DNA from: Carcharhinus longimanus
Lineage: Eukaryota
Assembly: GCA_030264375.1 (NCBI GenBank)
Contig: JASCQW010000043.1
Span: 32,209,960 to 32,273,959 of the forward strand
Direction of reading: 5' to 3'
Length of the DNA stretch: 64,000 nucleotides
Part shown: positions 62,510 to 64,000 of the stretch, piece by piece
How positions within the stretch are numbered: the first letter of the stretch is position 1
Layout of the letters: every line of letters begins with the position of its first letter
The notes under the pieces: model-generated
Seen by the model: the letters and a program-made list of their open reading frames with translations, nothing else
Told to the model about the DNA's origin: nothing
Database searches by the model: none
Program-made: the position numbers and the translations under genes

Positions 62510-63283
62510 GTAAACACGACAACAATCTCTCCCCCAGTGTCAATAAAATGAAGGGGATTGTCATTGACTTCAGGAAGTGTAGTGGAGGACACGTCCCTGT
62601 CTACATCAATGGGGATGAATTAGGAATGGTCGAGAGCTTCAAATTTTTAGATGTCCAGATCACCAACAATCTGTTCTGGTCCCCCTGTGCCAACAAAATA
62701 GTTAAGAAAATTCACAACGCCTCTACTTTCTCAGGAAGAAAATTTGGTATATCTGCTACAACTCTCACCAACTTCTATAGATGCACCATAGAAAGCATTC
62801 TTTCTGGTTGTATCACAGCTTGGTATGGCTCCTGCTCGGTCTAAGACCACACAAAACTACAAAGGGTCATTAATGAAGTCCAGTCTATTGCACAAACCAG
62901 CTTCCCATCCACTGACTCTGTCTACACTTCCCACTGCCTCAGAAAAGCAACTGGCATAATTAAGGATGTTACGCACCCCAGACATTCTCTCTTCCACTTT
63001 CTTCTGTTGGAAAAAAGATACAAAAGTCTGAGGTCACGTACCAACCAACTCAAAAGCAGCTTCTTCTCTGTTGCCATCAGACTTTTGAATGGATTATCTC
63101 TCATTAAGTTGATCTTTCTCTACATCCTAGCTATGACTGTAACACTACATTCTGCAACACTCTCCTTTCCTTCTCCCTATGTACTTTTTGAACAGTATGC
63201 TTTGTCTGTATGGTGTGCAAGAAACAATATTTTTCATTGTATTCTAATACATGTGACAATAATAAATCAAATCAAATCAAATG
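62510..63283 (+). mobile_element. Rex1/Babar LINE 3' part
   Basis: NNLSPSVNKMKGIVIDFRK...FYRCTIESILSGCITAWYGSC; tail aataaatcaaatcaaatcaaa. Confidence 0.92.
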
Positions 63284-63321
63284 ATTTGTAAATGCTTAGC
63301 ATAACTTTCTTGTTTATATAT

Positions 63322-63500
63322 TCAGCAGCAGGCAAGCAGAGGCAAGGGGAGTCTGTGGATGTAATGGAGATGGGAATAGATGGTCTTTTTAATAATGCAG
63401 GTATGTCGTAGGATGCTTATTCCAGGGTCAAATATAATACCAATGTTGTAAATAGTTTGGCTTAAGCTCAGAGATTTGCCAGAGAGAGGGAGAGGGAATG
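63322..63500 (-). mobile_element. L2 LINE RT fragment, old
   Basis: LSQTIYNIGIIFDPGISILRHTCIIKKTIYSHLHYIHRL resembles the L2 consensus V(R)NLGVIFDP.LSF..HI....KTAYFHLRNIARL. Confidence 0.75.
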
Positions 63501-64000
63501 GAGTTTGTGACAGGAATAAAGACAATAACTTTCTATCTCTTCCCAGTACAGGATAGCAAGGGAAGATATTGCATAACGGAAGAAACTGGAATACAGAAAA
63601 GGAGAACAAATGTGCAAAAGACATGGAATGTTGCAAGTGGGGATATACAGATATGTTTAGATTCGGATTTTATTTTGACATCTATTCCAAGTGGGTAGTG
63701 TGCAACTGGGACATTGCTCAAGTGTGCCAGTTTGATTATTGGGAGACATCTATTTAAATTTATTTTTGAAGCTGTGATGCTTATTTCACAGATTTTATAT
63801 ACAGGCTTCTAACATTCTTTGCATGTTAGGTGCTTTTATATTGGAGGCCTTAGGCTTCCATACCTACTGATGCAAGAATAATGACAAGATGTTGCTCAAT
63901 GTAATCGATACCTGCTGTCACATTATCATCCCAGCATGGACAAGTACAGTTCATAAATTTGTCATGTTGTTTATCTCTCATTACAGTTACAGCCAAAGTA

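Noticed and set aside
1-64000. CRISPR arrays, operons or prokaryotic defence systems
   Set aside because: Vertebrate repeat landscape with no repeat-spacer array and no dense prokaryotic ORF organisation

Overview
This is eukaryotic, vertebrate-type DNA, most likely from a shark or other elasmobranch. That call is inferred from the repeat content: HE1/V-SINEs, a SacSINE1-like DeuSINE, CR1, Rex1/Babar, L2 and RTE LINEs, Penelope-like elements, Harbinger transposons and Gypsy LTR relics. It comes from a gappy draft assembly. I cannot recognise an intact host protein-coding gene. Nearly all ORFs in the track are decayed transposon fragments, N-gap artefacts or chance. A few isolated segments have good splice signals: plus-strand 6563-6661, 15432-15546 and 20333-20412, and minus-strand 44168-44227 and 44869-45030. 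The region ~26-29 kb and ~38-54 kb is CpG-retaining and holds enhancer-like blocks, and ~38-47 kb is also TE-poor. This resembles a hypomethylated developmental regulatory domain, possibly with a lncRNA. The more unusual mobile-element observations are an ORF1-less LINE with a tRNA-like head plus its bipartite SINE, a Gmr1-like Gypsy relic, V-SINEs with two alternative tails, a tail-to-tail SINE hairpin, and degenerate hammerhead motifs in Penelope-derived repeats. Element boundaries were read by eye and are approximate.
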